Assembly: GCA_023213395.1 (NCBI GenBank)
Contig: CM041465.1
Location: 186,875,741 to 186,939,740, forward strand
Reading direction: 5' to 3'
Source: Cycas panzhihuaensis
Taxonomy: Eukaryota > Plantae > Cycadophyta
Length of the DNA: 64,000 nt
Below, piece by piece: positions 26,336 through 38,428 of this stretch (within the stretch, counting starts at the first letter, position 1; each line of letters opens with the position of its first letter). A program made the translations under genes and the position numbers. The notes beneath the pieces were generated by a model that was not told the origin of the DNA, searched no databases, and saw only the letters and a program-made list of their open reading frames with translations.

Positions 26336-27284
26336 GTTGCATCAAGAATGATGTGTCTATGAAGGGGAGAGGTATCTAAAGACCCAACTTCTTAAATAAT
26401 CTTAGTCAAACCATAACATTGGTAAATGAAATTAATGTAACATCCCCTTTCTAGTTATATTCATCCTATGTGAAGTGGATGTATAATTTATACTTCACTA
26501 GGTATGGGGATGCATCATTTTGGTTACTTAGCTTAGTAAGTAAGTTTATGATTAAGTCAAAGTCCATATAAAATTAAGTTATTTATCTCTTTTTCTTCCA
26601 AACACTTCATTCAATATAAAAATCACTCTTTTTTTATTACTTACATAATATAAAAGAGACCAGATTAGTCAGATGGGCAATATAAATAGAAAAGCACTTA
26701 ATACAAACAATGGAAGAATAGAGAGAAAAATAAATATAAGGGTAAACACTAAATGCATGGGTCTATTTAACTCCTTTAGAAGATAAATTCAATTGACCAA
26801 TATATATTTTACTAAATATGCATTCATCAAGTGGAAAAGGTAATTTTCAACTTTCCAAGGAGTGGTGGAACACTAAAAATGGACATCTAAGAAAGAAGTT
26901 ATAAAAAATTAAAGTAAACATTCAAGTTAAATATTTTCAAGTAAGAGGCTCCTCACAAATTTGTAAATGAATCATAAAGTGAAGACTTAAGGAGATTGAA
27001 ATGCAAAATTATGAAGTCAAATCACAAGAAAGATGCATCTTGCAAATTCACAAGCAAGTCATCCAAGGTAGACTTAGAACATTTCAAGCACAAAATAATG
27101 AAGATGATGAGTAAAGAATCTCTACTAACCTTACTAATAAGTCATTGAGTATGCACACTTGAGGAACTAGTTCTAAAATTGTGAAACAAAGGTCAGAGAG
27201 GAAAGAATCTCTTATAATTTGATAAACAAGCTAATGAGTGAGACCTTATAGTCATCTAATTATGAAGTCAAGAAAAGGCATCAT

Positions 27285-30200
27285 TATTAAATGGTAACAC
27301 CAAAGATTTGATAGGAATCTAAGTAAATAATTATTGAATCATAATATGTATATATATATATATAATGGGGGCAACAACCACCTTGTAACTATATAATCTA
27401 TAGATGACACGTGTCCATCATTTAATTACAATACATTAGTGAATACTTATGTCCTAAGATAAAATATTATATCCTAACACCCTCTCTTAATGTTTTATCC
27501 AATTAATCCTATTTTGTCTCTCAATGTTTGAAATTTTTCTTTCCCCAATGGTTTGGTCAAAATATCCATAATCTGGTCATATGTTAAATAGTATACTAGA
27601 TCTATTTCTTTATTTTGTACTTTTTCCCTTATGAAGTGGTGTTGAACTTCAATATGTTTGGTTTTGGCATGGAATACTGGATTTCTCTTCAACTTGATTG
27701 TACTCTAATTGTCACAGTAAAGTGTAGTTACTATTTTTTTAGGTATATCAAGATCTTTTAGTAATTGTCTGAGCCAAACTGCTTTAGTGGTTACACTTGT
27801 TGCTAACTTGTATTCTGCCTCTGTTGAGGATAATGCTATGGTGGCTTACATTTTATAGCTCTAGGAGATTAGTGAAGAGCCTAGAAAGAAACAAAAGCCG
27901 CTAGTGGATTTTCTTTGTTCTTTATCACCTACCCAATTTGAGTCATAGTAACTTGTTAACTAAGTTGATGTTTCCTTAGGAAAGTTTAGCTTTAATTCAA
28001 TTATCCCTCTAAGATATCTTAGTATCCGTTTGGCTACATTCTAATATCTTATCTTTGTCTCATCCATATATCTTGATATTAGACTTGCAATGTATGAAAT
28101 ATCAGGTCTCGTAGCTATAAGATAGATAACACTTCCGACTAGTTGCATGTGTAAGGTTGCATCAAAGCAATGATCCTCTTCATTTGGAGTTAGATTACAA
28201 TTTACCTCCATAAGAGTGGAATAAGGGTTACATTCTTCCATTCTAAACTTCATTAGTAGATTCTTTATATACTTACTTTGACACAAAGTAACTGGATTGT
28301 TCTATTGTTGAATTTGAATTCCTAAGTAGAAGCTTAGGATTCCCAGGTCAGTCATTTCAAATTTGCTTCCCAGTTGTTTCTTTATATCTACTATTAAATC
28401 TTCATCATTACCTGTGATAAGCATAATGTCAACATAAACTTCTATTATAGTTATTACTTCATTTTTATTTTTCTTGTACAGACTTGAGTCAGAACTGCTT
28501 CTTTGGAAGCCATTTTTATAGAGATAATTGTCTAATTTAGCATACCAAGCACATGGGGCTTGTTTTAGTCTATACAGTACTGTTTTTAATTTGCAAACTA
28601 GATGTTCTTGTCCTGTTTTAATATAACCTTTAGGCTGGGACATATAAACTTCTTCTTCAATTTCTCAATTTAAAAAATTATATCTTCCAATTTTTATGTG
28701 CCGCTAAGGCTATGATTGTTTAATAGTATTCATCTTAGCCACTGGAGAGAAAGTTTCTTCATAGTCTATACTTATTACCTGTGTGTATTCTTCTGAAACT
28801 AGCCTGGCTTTATGTTTTTTTTTTTTTCTATCTAGTCTTCTTTTAATTTTATAGACCCACTTACAACCCATAATTAACTTGTTAGAAGGCAGCTCAACTA
28901 GCTCCCAGGTTTGATTTTTGATGATAGAGTCCAATTTGGCATCCACTACTTTCCTCCATTCGAAATGATTTTTGGCTTTTATGAAAGATTGAGGTTCAAC
29001 ATTGTTGATTAGGGCCTTTAGTCTTTGGCTCCTTGTTCTGTGAGGTAAGATTTCTCCTTTGTTTTCTTCTAAAGTCTTGAGATACCATTTTAGTAATTTT
29101 TTTAGATTTTCGCCTTCAATTTATGTGGTACTCTCTGTAATTTCAAGAGTAGAATTAGTACTTGAGTCTTGTATGGTCTCTTTAGAAGTTTCTTTAGTGA
29201 TAACACTAGGTTCCTCTTCTTCTATATGATTATACGGAAGAACTTAAGGTGTCAATTCAAGCATTTGAGTACCACTAGTATTTTCTTCTTTGTCCTCCTC
29301 ATTGAAGACAACATCTCAACTTACATAGATTTTGTTGGTTTTAGGATCGATGCACTTATAAGCTTTTGAATTTTTACTGTATCCCACCATGATGCATTCA
29401 ATGCTTTTTAAATCTAGTTTCATCCTTTTTTGTCTAGGGTATGAACAAATGCTTGGCTTCTAAACACTTTTAAGTGGCTTACATCTGGTTTCCTCCATGT
29501 CCATGCTTCTTCTGGGGTAGATTGATTTACTGCCTTAGTTAGACTCTTGTTCAAAAGATAACATGCCGTGCTAATAGCTTTGGCCCAATAAGCCTTAGAG
29601 ACATTTTTTACATGAATCATACTACGTGCCATTTCCATGATGACCCTATTTTTTCTTTCAACAACTCCATTGGACTGAGGCGTATATAGAGTTATGAATT
29701 GTCTCCATATTCCTCTATTTTTGCAATATTCTAGAAATTCTTTGGAGATGTATTCACCTCCTTTGTCTGATCTTATGCACTTAATTTTAGCATTGCTTTC
29801 TAGTTTTGTTTCTTCTTTGAATTCGTTAAATGCATCAAGAGCTTCAAATTTTATATACAAGAAATAAATCCAGATTTTCTTGGTAAAGTCGTCTATAAAG
29901 GTGATGAAGTATCTTCTTCCATTAATTGAGTGTAGAGTGATGAGTCCACAGAGATCAGTGTGTATTAACTCCAATTTCTCTTGGGTTCACCACTTACTTT
30001 CCTGAAAGGGTAGTCTATGCTCTTTGTTGGACTAACAACTTTTACATACAAAGTTATTTGATGTAATCTGAGGTAATCCAATCACCTAACTTTTCTTTTC
30101 CATACATTTTAGTTTTTCTATGGGAAGATGACCATACTTAAAATGCCATATTTTATCATTATTGCTAACAACATTACATGCTTTCACATTAAGTAGAATA

Positions 30201-32423
30201 AGGTGTGATAGCAGCATGTACAGGTCAATGTATTCAACCCCTTTTGTAATTACATTTACATTGTTTTTCATGTCATAAATATAACAGAAACCCTTTTCAT
30301 TAAAAAGAGTATACAATCTTTTTTTCTTTAATTGAGAGATAGAGAGAAGATTCATTTTTAGATCTAGTACAAAAAGGACATCACCTATTTTTTCAACCTT
30401 GTCTCTGATCTTGACTGCAATTGTCCCAACTCCTTTGATTTTGAGAGAGTATTTGTCTCCAAGTTCCACTTATTTTTATGTAGTGTAAGGCCATAAATCT
30501 TTGAACCATTCCTCTTGACTGGTCATGTGACGTGAAACTCTAGAATCGATGTACCAGACTTCTTTATCTTACTGATTTGTTGTTAGAGCAACAACAAAAG
30601 CTATTGCTTCTTCTTCATCTTGGTTGTCATTGTCAGTCTGTTCTTTGTTGTAATTTCCTATCGGTTTCTTCCCTCTCTAAGTATTTGCTTTCTTACATTG
30701 AAATGGATAGTGCCCAGATTAGCCACAATGATAACATTTATCAAAAGCTTTATAAGAGCTGGCAAAATGACATGTCTTACCACAACCATAGCATATCCTA
30801 GGAATGATGCTTTGGCCTCTTCCCCTTGAGTCTTGACATCGTCCTTGTGATGTGACATGGCTCTCAGGAGTTCTTCCTCTTCCCCTGCTTCAACCTCTAG
30901 AACCCAGGTTTAATCTAGATGCGAAGGTATCCTCAAGATCTGCTACATCTTCATATCTTTTATTTCTTTATTGTTGTTGCAAGAGCAATTCTATTAAAGT
31001 ATCCAAAGACATAGTTGCCATTTGATTGGCATGGTAATGGTATTGATTATAACATCAAATGACCTGGGTAACTTGTTGATCATGAGTTCTACCAATTCTC
31101 ATTCAGTAAGAGGGTCACCAGTACTGGTAAGATTGTTTCTTAAAGAAATTATTTTATGTAGAAACTCAGTGATAGTCTCAGTCTCCTTCATTTGGAGATT
31201 AAACAATTCACCCTTTAGGGTTATTATTTTGGATCTATTATTTTGACCGTACATATTCTCTAGGTATTACTAGATGCTAGTAGTGGAATATAAATTTTTA
31301 ATATAAATGAGGAGTGGGTCATAAATTGATAATTTTAAAATAATAACTGCAGCACTATCTCTTTCTTCCCAATTTGCTTAAGTAGTCCTTGCATCTTTTG
31401 GCTTTGTTTCATTTCTAGTGGCAATTTGCCATGCATTTTTTGCTCTAAGTAGAGTCTCTATTTTAATTTTCCAGATATGATAGTTGTTATCAATGGGTTT
31501 GTCATGATCAGGCAATACAAGTACTAAAGATGCTATTATGCAACTTAGGAATGAATTTCTGAAACCCTAGATCGTACATTTGTACAAATTTCTATACGGT
31601 ACGAAAAGTGTACAGATAGGTACCAAAAAATACCTCAAAAGAAAGTTAAGGCTAAGGTGACTCCAAATCTATAATTAGTTTTCCATTTTGACTTCAGATC
31701 AAGGAGAAAAATTACCTCAAAGAGTACGATTGGCGGCTAGGTCAAGAGGGAAAAACACTCAAAAATTAGAGGAAAATGCCACAAATCTATACAAAATTGC
31801 TCTAATGAGGGATGCAATATAGAGATAAGGAGTCTCCAGAGAAATTTTGACTAGAAACTATGAAAATTTGAGAGAAAAATCACTCAGAAAGGGTAAATTA
31901 ATGCAAACCTAAAAATGGGAGAAAAGTACCTCAATAAATCTTCAGATGAACTCGCTCCATAAGAGAAATATGCTTAGGATGTCTAGATCTATAATCTGGC
32001 CAAATTTGGTCTTGATCTCAGAACTTGAAATTTTTTTACCGTACGGTTGCACGAATGCGTACTTAGGCCTAGAACAGCGTCAGGCAGTCTCTCTGCAAAC
32101 TTCTTTGAGTTTTACCTTGACTTTAAATTTTTGTCTAAACACCTCCTTATGTGCTTCTTAAATATTCCCTTCAATCTGGCATTCAATTACCAAAGTTTAT
32201 CTATTATAACAGGATGGCCTACTCTGATACCATGTTAAATGGTAACACTAGAGATTTGATAAGAATGCAAGTAAATAATTATTGAATCATATTATGTATA
32301 TATATACAATGGGGGCAGCAACCACCTTGTAACTATCTAATCTATAGATGACATGTGTCCATCATTTAATTACAATACATTAGTGAATACTTATGTCCTA
32401 AGATAAAACATTATATCCTAACA
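27285..32423 (-). mobile_element. Ty1/copia element F (same lineage as A and H), inserted in the 3' LTR of E
   Basis: LTRs 27285-27479 and 32233-32423; perfect TSD ATCAT (27280-27284 / 32424-32428); PBS at 32221-32232 (rc TGGTATCAGAGT); PPT rc at 27480-27489. Confidence 0.96.
27495..31536 (-). pseudogene. copia F gag-pol, disrupted
   Basis: Minus-strand ORFs with ELIHTDLCG, IRSDKGGEY, KHKARLV, FEMTDLG and HAKTKHIEVQHHFIREKV. Confidence 0.92.
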
Positions 32424-33295
32424 ATCATAGTTAGCATCATTCTTTTGCCAACTAACATGTGGGCCCTGAATATGGTCACAAAGCCAACATTCCAAAGTTG
32501 AAAAACACATAATGATAAATAAAAAAGCATCTTTCCACTTCACAAATAGATTATTGAGTGAAAACATTAATGAACTAAGTTATACAAATAAAAAATGACG
32601 TCATGAGTAGTGCAACCTTCACTAATTCATGTATACATTAAGAAGTATAAATGAAGGTGGATTAAATTACAAAAATGCAAAACAAGTCTTAAGAGAGGAA
32701 GTTCCTCATAACTTTGCAAATGGGCCAGTGAGTGTAGAGACCTAAAGATGGAGTTTCGAAACTATGAAGTAATAAAAAGGTAAGCAAAAGAAACTATTTC
32801 ACAAACTTATAAATGAGATGTTAAGCAATAGAGCTTATGTGATCAAGTGTAAAGCCATAAAATAGAGGTATGAATAAAGAACTCCATGTCATACCCTCAT
32901 AAATGGATTGTCGAGTTCAAACACAAGCATATAAGATTGTGAAAATAAGAAAGTGAAGGACTGGAAAATGAGACCTTGACCTTCGAGCCTCTAAGGAAGT
33001 ACTATAACTCATATAAAAGAGGATAGATTTGATTAATCTCAGACACATTAAAATCCATGATTCCAAACAATTCTTCTCATATAAGAATAACAAATTCTCC
33101 ATATAAAAATAACATGTATAATTGGCCTTAAGAGCATAATAAAACTAGGCAAAGACATAGCTAGCAAGCACTCATAGGTTAGCTTACAACCATCTCATCA
33201 ATCGAACGATTAATTCCAAATCAAAATCATTGAGTATATATTAAAGGTACCAACATGCCTAGGTGAGAAAAGTAGAGGAATAAAGGAACCGATAC

Positions 33296-36006
33296 AGGAT
33301 TGTTGCTAGCTTGTTTAAAGGTTTTATGATGATTATTATCCATTATTTTAGCCATTAAAACATAGTTAGCATATAATTTTTGGGCACGTGTTCACCTGGT
33401 ATCTAAAGGATTACCTACATCAGATCTAACGTCAGCAAGTGTTTTCTTTGCCCATATAAGCTGTTTGTTGGTAACTGTTTCTGTAGTTATGAGTTGATTT
33501 CAGGAACTAGCCTGAGAACAAAAGTCTAATTCAATAGGTTCAGATAGAGTCCAATTCTGGACTTGAGTAGATAAGGATTCTATGATTTCATGATCAACTT
33601 GTTTGTTGGAGGGGTCAACCAAACAGGCGTTGATTAACAAATTTTCAACTGGAAGTTTTACATAAGCAGAGGTTGATGAAGATCCTTCTTCATCAAATAT
33701 TACGTCACATAAAATTAAAATTTGATGCATGATTAGATTCAAAAGTCTATAGACTTTACTTTCTTCGTTGTATGTAACAAAGATGTATTTTTGACTCTTA
33801 GGATCAAGTTTCTTGCATTTTTCTTTGGGAACGTATCCCCACGCAATACTTCCAAAGATTCATAAATGATTGACTAAGAGTTTTCTTCCAGACCACTTTT
33901 GTTCTAGAGTAATATTTTGTAAGCATTTACTAGGTAAATAATTTAATAGATAGTTTAAGTAGTTAATTGCTTCTGCCCACAACTTTAGGTCAAAGTTCCT
34001 TGCATTTAACATGCAATAAGTCATCTCAACAAGAGTGTGGTTCTTGCATTCAGCAACACTATTTTGCTTAGGAGTGTATGCAACGGAATGTTGAAATTGA
34101 ATTATGTACTTTTTACAAAAGGAAGTAAATTTGCCACTTAAGTATTCCTTGGCATTATCAGATCTAAAAATTTTAATTTTTGAGTTTGATTGGTTTTCAA
34201 CAAACATTTTGAATTATGTGAAGATATCAAACACTTGACTATGTATTTTGAGTGTGTATACCCAATATTTTCTAGAAAAATCATCAATAAACATGACAAA
34301 ATAATGAGAGCCAAAATATGATGTTACATGAAATGGTCCACATATGTCAGAGTGAACAAGTTCAAGTGAAACGTTTGCTCTGAATTAAGTTTTATGTGGA
34401 AAAGGGACCATGTATTTCTTACCTGTTACACAGGCTTCACAAGCACCATAAACAGTATTTAAAAATGGAAGACCATGAACCATGTCATGTATTTTTAGGT
34501 ATTGAAGTTTGCCATAACTAGTATGGCCAAATCGTGCATGCCAAAGTTTACTGAATGAATCAGATTTGGCTATAAAGGCACTAAAGGGTTTTGTTTTGTT
34601 ATTTTGTAAACTTGTTAAACTATAGAGACTTGTACTATGATCAACAAGTCTAGAGGCCATACGTTTAAATTTATTTAATGGTTCTTTAATAATAAATTTA
34701 TCTTTCCAGAATTCGATGACAAGATCTTTCTGGCAGATTTGGTAAATTGAAAGTAGGTTTGGTAACAAACCAAGTATGTAAAAGACGTCCTTTATTGGAC
34801 CATCTTTTAAGGTAACATCACCTGATCCTTTTACTTTAAATTGAGTTTCACTTCCAAAAGAAATCTCTTCTTTAGAGTTAGTTTTGGATTGATAAGTGGA
34901 TAAGTTTTCCTGGTGTCCTGTCATGTGATGGGATGCACCAGAGTCAATGATCCATTGTGGTGGTTGATTAGTTGGGTCAATAAATATAGAAGTTGTTGTC
35001 GTTAAAGAACTATTATGAGTTTGTTGTCAGTTTTGTTGTCAGGATTGAGGTCAATTTTGTAATCCCTTAGAAGTTTTCCATGCTTTTGAAGTTATTCTAC
35101 TTCTACAGACATCAATAGTGTGGCCTATTTTATGACAATAAGCACAACTAGTGTTCTGAGAAGGATTTACATTGTTTCGATTATGAAAGGACTGATTAGA
35201 AGTATTATAATGTTTAGATGGACCAAAATACTTAATATTATTTTGAGAGTTATATTGTGAACTCCTATGAGGTTTCTGAAATTTTGGATTACTGTTAAAA
35301 TTGTTCTAATATTTATTTTTATTTTATGGCTTAGTTTTAGAAAATAAAGCCTATGAATGATCTTTTAATATGTCTGTCTGAATTAACATTGTTTGATATT
35401 CTATCAATTGGTTTGTCAACTAATTAAATATTATAGGAGGATTGCTAGCTTGTTGTTTAGTTATTTTAAAAAAATTAAAATATTTTGGTCATTTATTTAT
35501 TGTAAGATGAATGAGTATATCATCGTCTTTAGCATGAGTGATTATTTGTTCAGTATCACCTAGTTTAGTTTTAAATTTAATACAGTTACCTAGGTCTTTA
35601 TTAATTAGTTGAATTTTGTATAAAAAATCCTCAACCTTAGAAAAATCATCATAATTAAGGTCATACAGTTGTTGTTATAAGATAGCCAATTGATGTGTAT
35701 CGACCTATCATATTTTTCTTGCAAAGTGTTCTAGATAGTGGCTAGATTGTCTGTTTTAGAAAACTGCCGGCTAATTTCTGGTGAAAGTGAGTTCAAGATG
35801 GTGCCTAGGGTTGAATCTGAGTTTATCAGATATACCATATAATTTTCTGTAGTTTCATCTTTTAGTTTTTTAAATTCACCTATTACATATCGCCATATAT
35901 TTTGTTATTTAAGCTGATGGGATATGTAATTCCTCTAGTAGGCATAGTTTGAGCTGGTTAAAACTAGAATTGGAACACATGTGGTTGTCCCTGGCATTAA
36001 AGCCAT
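33296..36006 (-). pseudogene. copia G gag-protease-integrase remnant
   Basis: Gag start MALMPGTTTCVPILVLTSSNYAY*; protease WIIDSGASHHMTG; LWHARFGH..CEAC; LELVHSDICGP; FRSDNAKEY. Reading breaks at TFKQASNNP, just before RT. Confidence 0.88.
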
Positions 36007-36655
36007 ATTGGGAATTATAGAGTTTAATTACAGATTGAAAGATATAAGAGTAGGTGAAAATATAATCACTTGGTAAGGTTATTAAACATCAAATTAATAT
36101 TTCATAGGCATAATTAATAACTAAAAATCATAGTATGATGAATTAATGTCTTTCCTCTAAAAAAAGAACTACATGTTCCTCTTTTCTAAAAAATTAGCAG
36201 TTCCCCTTAACAAAGTAAGTGTTTTCTTTATAATTTGAGTGTTTTTATTCTATATATTATTGATTAGTAGGCAATAATAGTGCAGAGAAAAAAATATATT
36301 AACTTAAAAGAAAATTTTATTGATTTGTTTATTAAATCAACAAACTAAAAAAAAAAACATAATTATAATTCTAGTGTTGAAAGAGATTTAGTTTATAAAA
36401 AGTTTTTATTGATTAAAAACAGAGAGTTTAATTAGAAAAAATATTAATATATTAAAGTGGTATTATGTTATAGGGGGGAACACTATAGTTAATATCCTAA
36501 TCAATACGAGTATTGTATTTAGTAGTTGATTATTTAATGAAAATAATGTTAAACTAATTTGGCTTAATTTGCAAGGTATAAATATATAAGCGGTTGAAAA
36601 TAATCAAGGAGGGATGTATTAATTTTACCTAAGTTACTTAGGTTTTATTTAAAAA

Positions 36656-36657
<2 letters not shown>

Positions 36658-36724
<67 letters not shown>
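36658..36724. repeat. (TA)n microsatellite in the leader of G
   Basis: Pure TA run. A shorter (TG)n run lies at ~37097-37119. Confidence 0.95.
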
Positions 36725-36725
<1 letters not shown>

Positions 36726-37542
36726 GAGAGCGGGTTGAAGGTTATAAATACCTTATAATAAAGATAAGGTTTATTTTAACGTTAAGAAAAAGTTAAAGGG
36801 GAGGGGTTTTTATTTATATATCACTTATAATAAAAAAACAAAAAAAAAATTATAAAGTATGGGTGGTAATTTAACAAAAATGAAGTTATAAATATAAAGG
36901 AGGAAGGATAAATATTAGAAAAGTAAATCAAATGTTATAAAAAAGAGGATTAATAAGGTGTTGGGGGGGGAGGGAATGTAACAAGAATGAAGTAAAATAA
37001 AGAAGGGAGGGGTTGATTTAATTTGTAAACTAAGTATTATAGAAGGGTGGGTTGCTCATTTGAATTTAACCTAAAGTTTATAATAGAGATTTTATATGTG
37101 TGTGTGTGTGTGTGTGTGTAAATTGAAAAGGAAATAGGCTGGCAGACCTAACCATTTTATTCAATTGATAAAAGGAAATTAAATTTAATATTTGACTGGG
37201 ATCCGAGAGGGGGATAAGGAAGAAACCCTACCTGTGGCGGCATTCCTTGTTGTTGCAGATCGATCGATAACAGCGAGGATTCTCTAGTTGGTTACAAAGA
37301 CTTGTTGCAGGTTCTTCTTCGGTTGTGTGCAAGTCTACAATGGCGGGTCCTCGCAATGGCTTCTCCAGGTTCGATCATTTGGTTATAGCTCAAGTTGAAT
37401 GGCGATTCCTTGGCTGAGATTAAGGCTTCGATGGCATCTAGTCTGTCGTAATAAACCCATGATGAGCGAGCTTCATCGGCGTCTCTTTGACAGGATTCTC
37501 TTCAGCCTCACATTACTCTGTCGAAGATACTCTTTGAAGGTT

Positions 37543-37803
37543 GCTTTTTCACGGTGTTCTCTATCTCTCGTCCATTTCCTTAGCTCGGTCCTTGTGAACG
37601 CCATCAATGCAGCCACCTATAATATAACACATAGCAGGGGTTGGCTTCATAGAAACAATCTGAATCAGAACCATCTCGATCTTTTCTACTGGCTGTTGGT
37701 GACACTTAGCATCCTTAACTTTCTCAATTACTTCTTCTGGTATAAATGGTACAAATACAAAATGGTTGGCCAAGATCAAAGCAAACATTCTCCACTGATT
37801 TGA
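37543..37803 (+). pseudogene. NPF4: Captured C-terminal fragment of an NPF (NRT1/PTR, NPF4-like) transporter, with stop codon
   Basis: AFSRCSLSLVHFLSSVLVNAINAAT..GWL..NNLNQNHLDLFYWLL..LSILNFLNY..W.KWYKYK matches the last two TM helices of the NPF family (FLSSVLV, GWL, LN..HLD.FYWLL, NF, YKY). Subfamily call is from memory. Confidence 0.85.
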
Positions 37804-38094
37804 AGAATAGCTAGTTGCATTGATTGCATAAAGTATTGTAAAACTTTATGTGGACATCTTCGAGCGCTATCTTTTGTTAAGAGGCAAATCAGCTATTTCA
37901 TTTATATTAGTGGATATTTCTCAGTTATATTCATTCCAATGATTCATCTCTGGTTCTCGCTAACTATGTTACAACTCCATGGGAAATTTATTATTGTTCA
38001 ATCCCTAGCCTCTCATGTATTCATTGCAAAACCTAGTGACTTCCCAAACTGAGGTGAAGTCCTCTCCATAAATTGATAGCACATCGATGGTTGA

Positions 38095-38414
38095 GTCTCC
38101 CTATGGCTGCCTCGGTTTCTATAGGAGTGGTTCTGATGAAGGAGAAAATAGGTTTTAAGTTCACAACTCGAGTCCAGCATCTGAGACTCACCAACTGGGA
38201 TTATGAGGATAAAGTTAACTTCCTTATGAGTGGAAGAAACTATTCCTTTCGTGATTATGAGAGGATGACAAATAAGGCATTTATTTGTAAGTATTCTAGT
38301 GCTGCAAACCTGCCTCCCAAGTTTATGGAAGAGGAGTTCTGGCATGAGATAACTTCTAGAAGGATTCCAAGTGTTGAATATACCTGTGATATTGAAGGGA
38401 GTGCCTTCTCAATA
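38095..38414 (+). pseudogene. JMJ13: Captured fragment of a JMJ706/JMJ13-type (KDM4/JHDM3) histone demethylase, from the end of JmjN up to JmjC
   Basis: ASV..GVVLMKEK.GFKFTTRVQ.LRL..WD..DKV.F.MSGRNY.FRDYE.M.NK.F...YSSA..LP..F.E.EFWHEI......VEY.CDI.GSAFS closely follows the JMJ13/JMJ706 consensus as I recall it. The catalytic HxE..H region is not included. Confidence 0.9.
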
Positions 38415-38416
38415 TA

Positions 38417-38428
38417 ACTCTGATACTA
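38417..38428 (-). promoter_or_regulatory. Primer binding site (Met-i tRNA) of copia G
   Basis: Reverse complement TAGTATCAGAGT versus canonical TGGTATCAGAGC; abuts the LTR end at 38429. Confidence 0.82.

Larger units (their letters stand above)
19587..33062 (+). mobile_element. Tekay/Del-type chromoviral Ty3/gypsy element E; 3' LTR interrupted by copia F and truncated
   Basis: 5' LTR ~19587-22059 aligns with 26375-27284 plus 32424-~33062. Degenerate PBS at 22064-22075; PPT GAAGGGGAGAGG at 26361-26372. Order is gag-PR-RT-RNaseH-INT-chromodomain. Confidence 0.88.

Noticed and set aside
26436-26450. TGTAACATCC as the start of the 3' LTR of E
   Set aside because: Homology with the 5' LTR extends back to 26375, immediately after the PPT.
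38010-38094. Weak resemblance of WEVTRFCNEY to pyruvate dehydrogenase E1 alpha
   Set aside because: Too short, and the flanking motifs do not match.
37399-38417. A functional host NPF or JMJ gene
   Set aside because: Only small fragments are present, with no other exons in the window. They sit between a PBS and gag and carry decay-type substitutions.
38073-38417. A TE-encoded anti-silencing demethylase enzyme
   Set aside because: The JmjC catalytic residues are absent and the fragment is antisense to the element.
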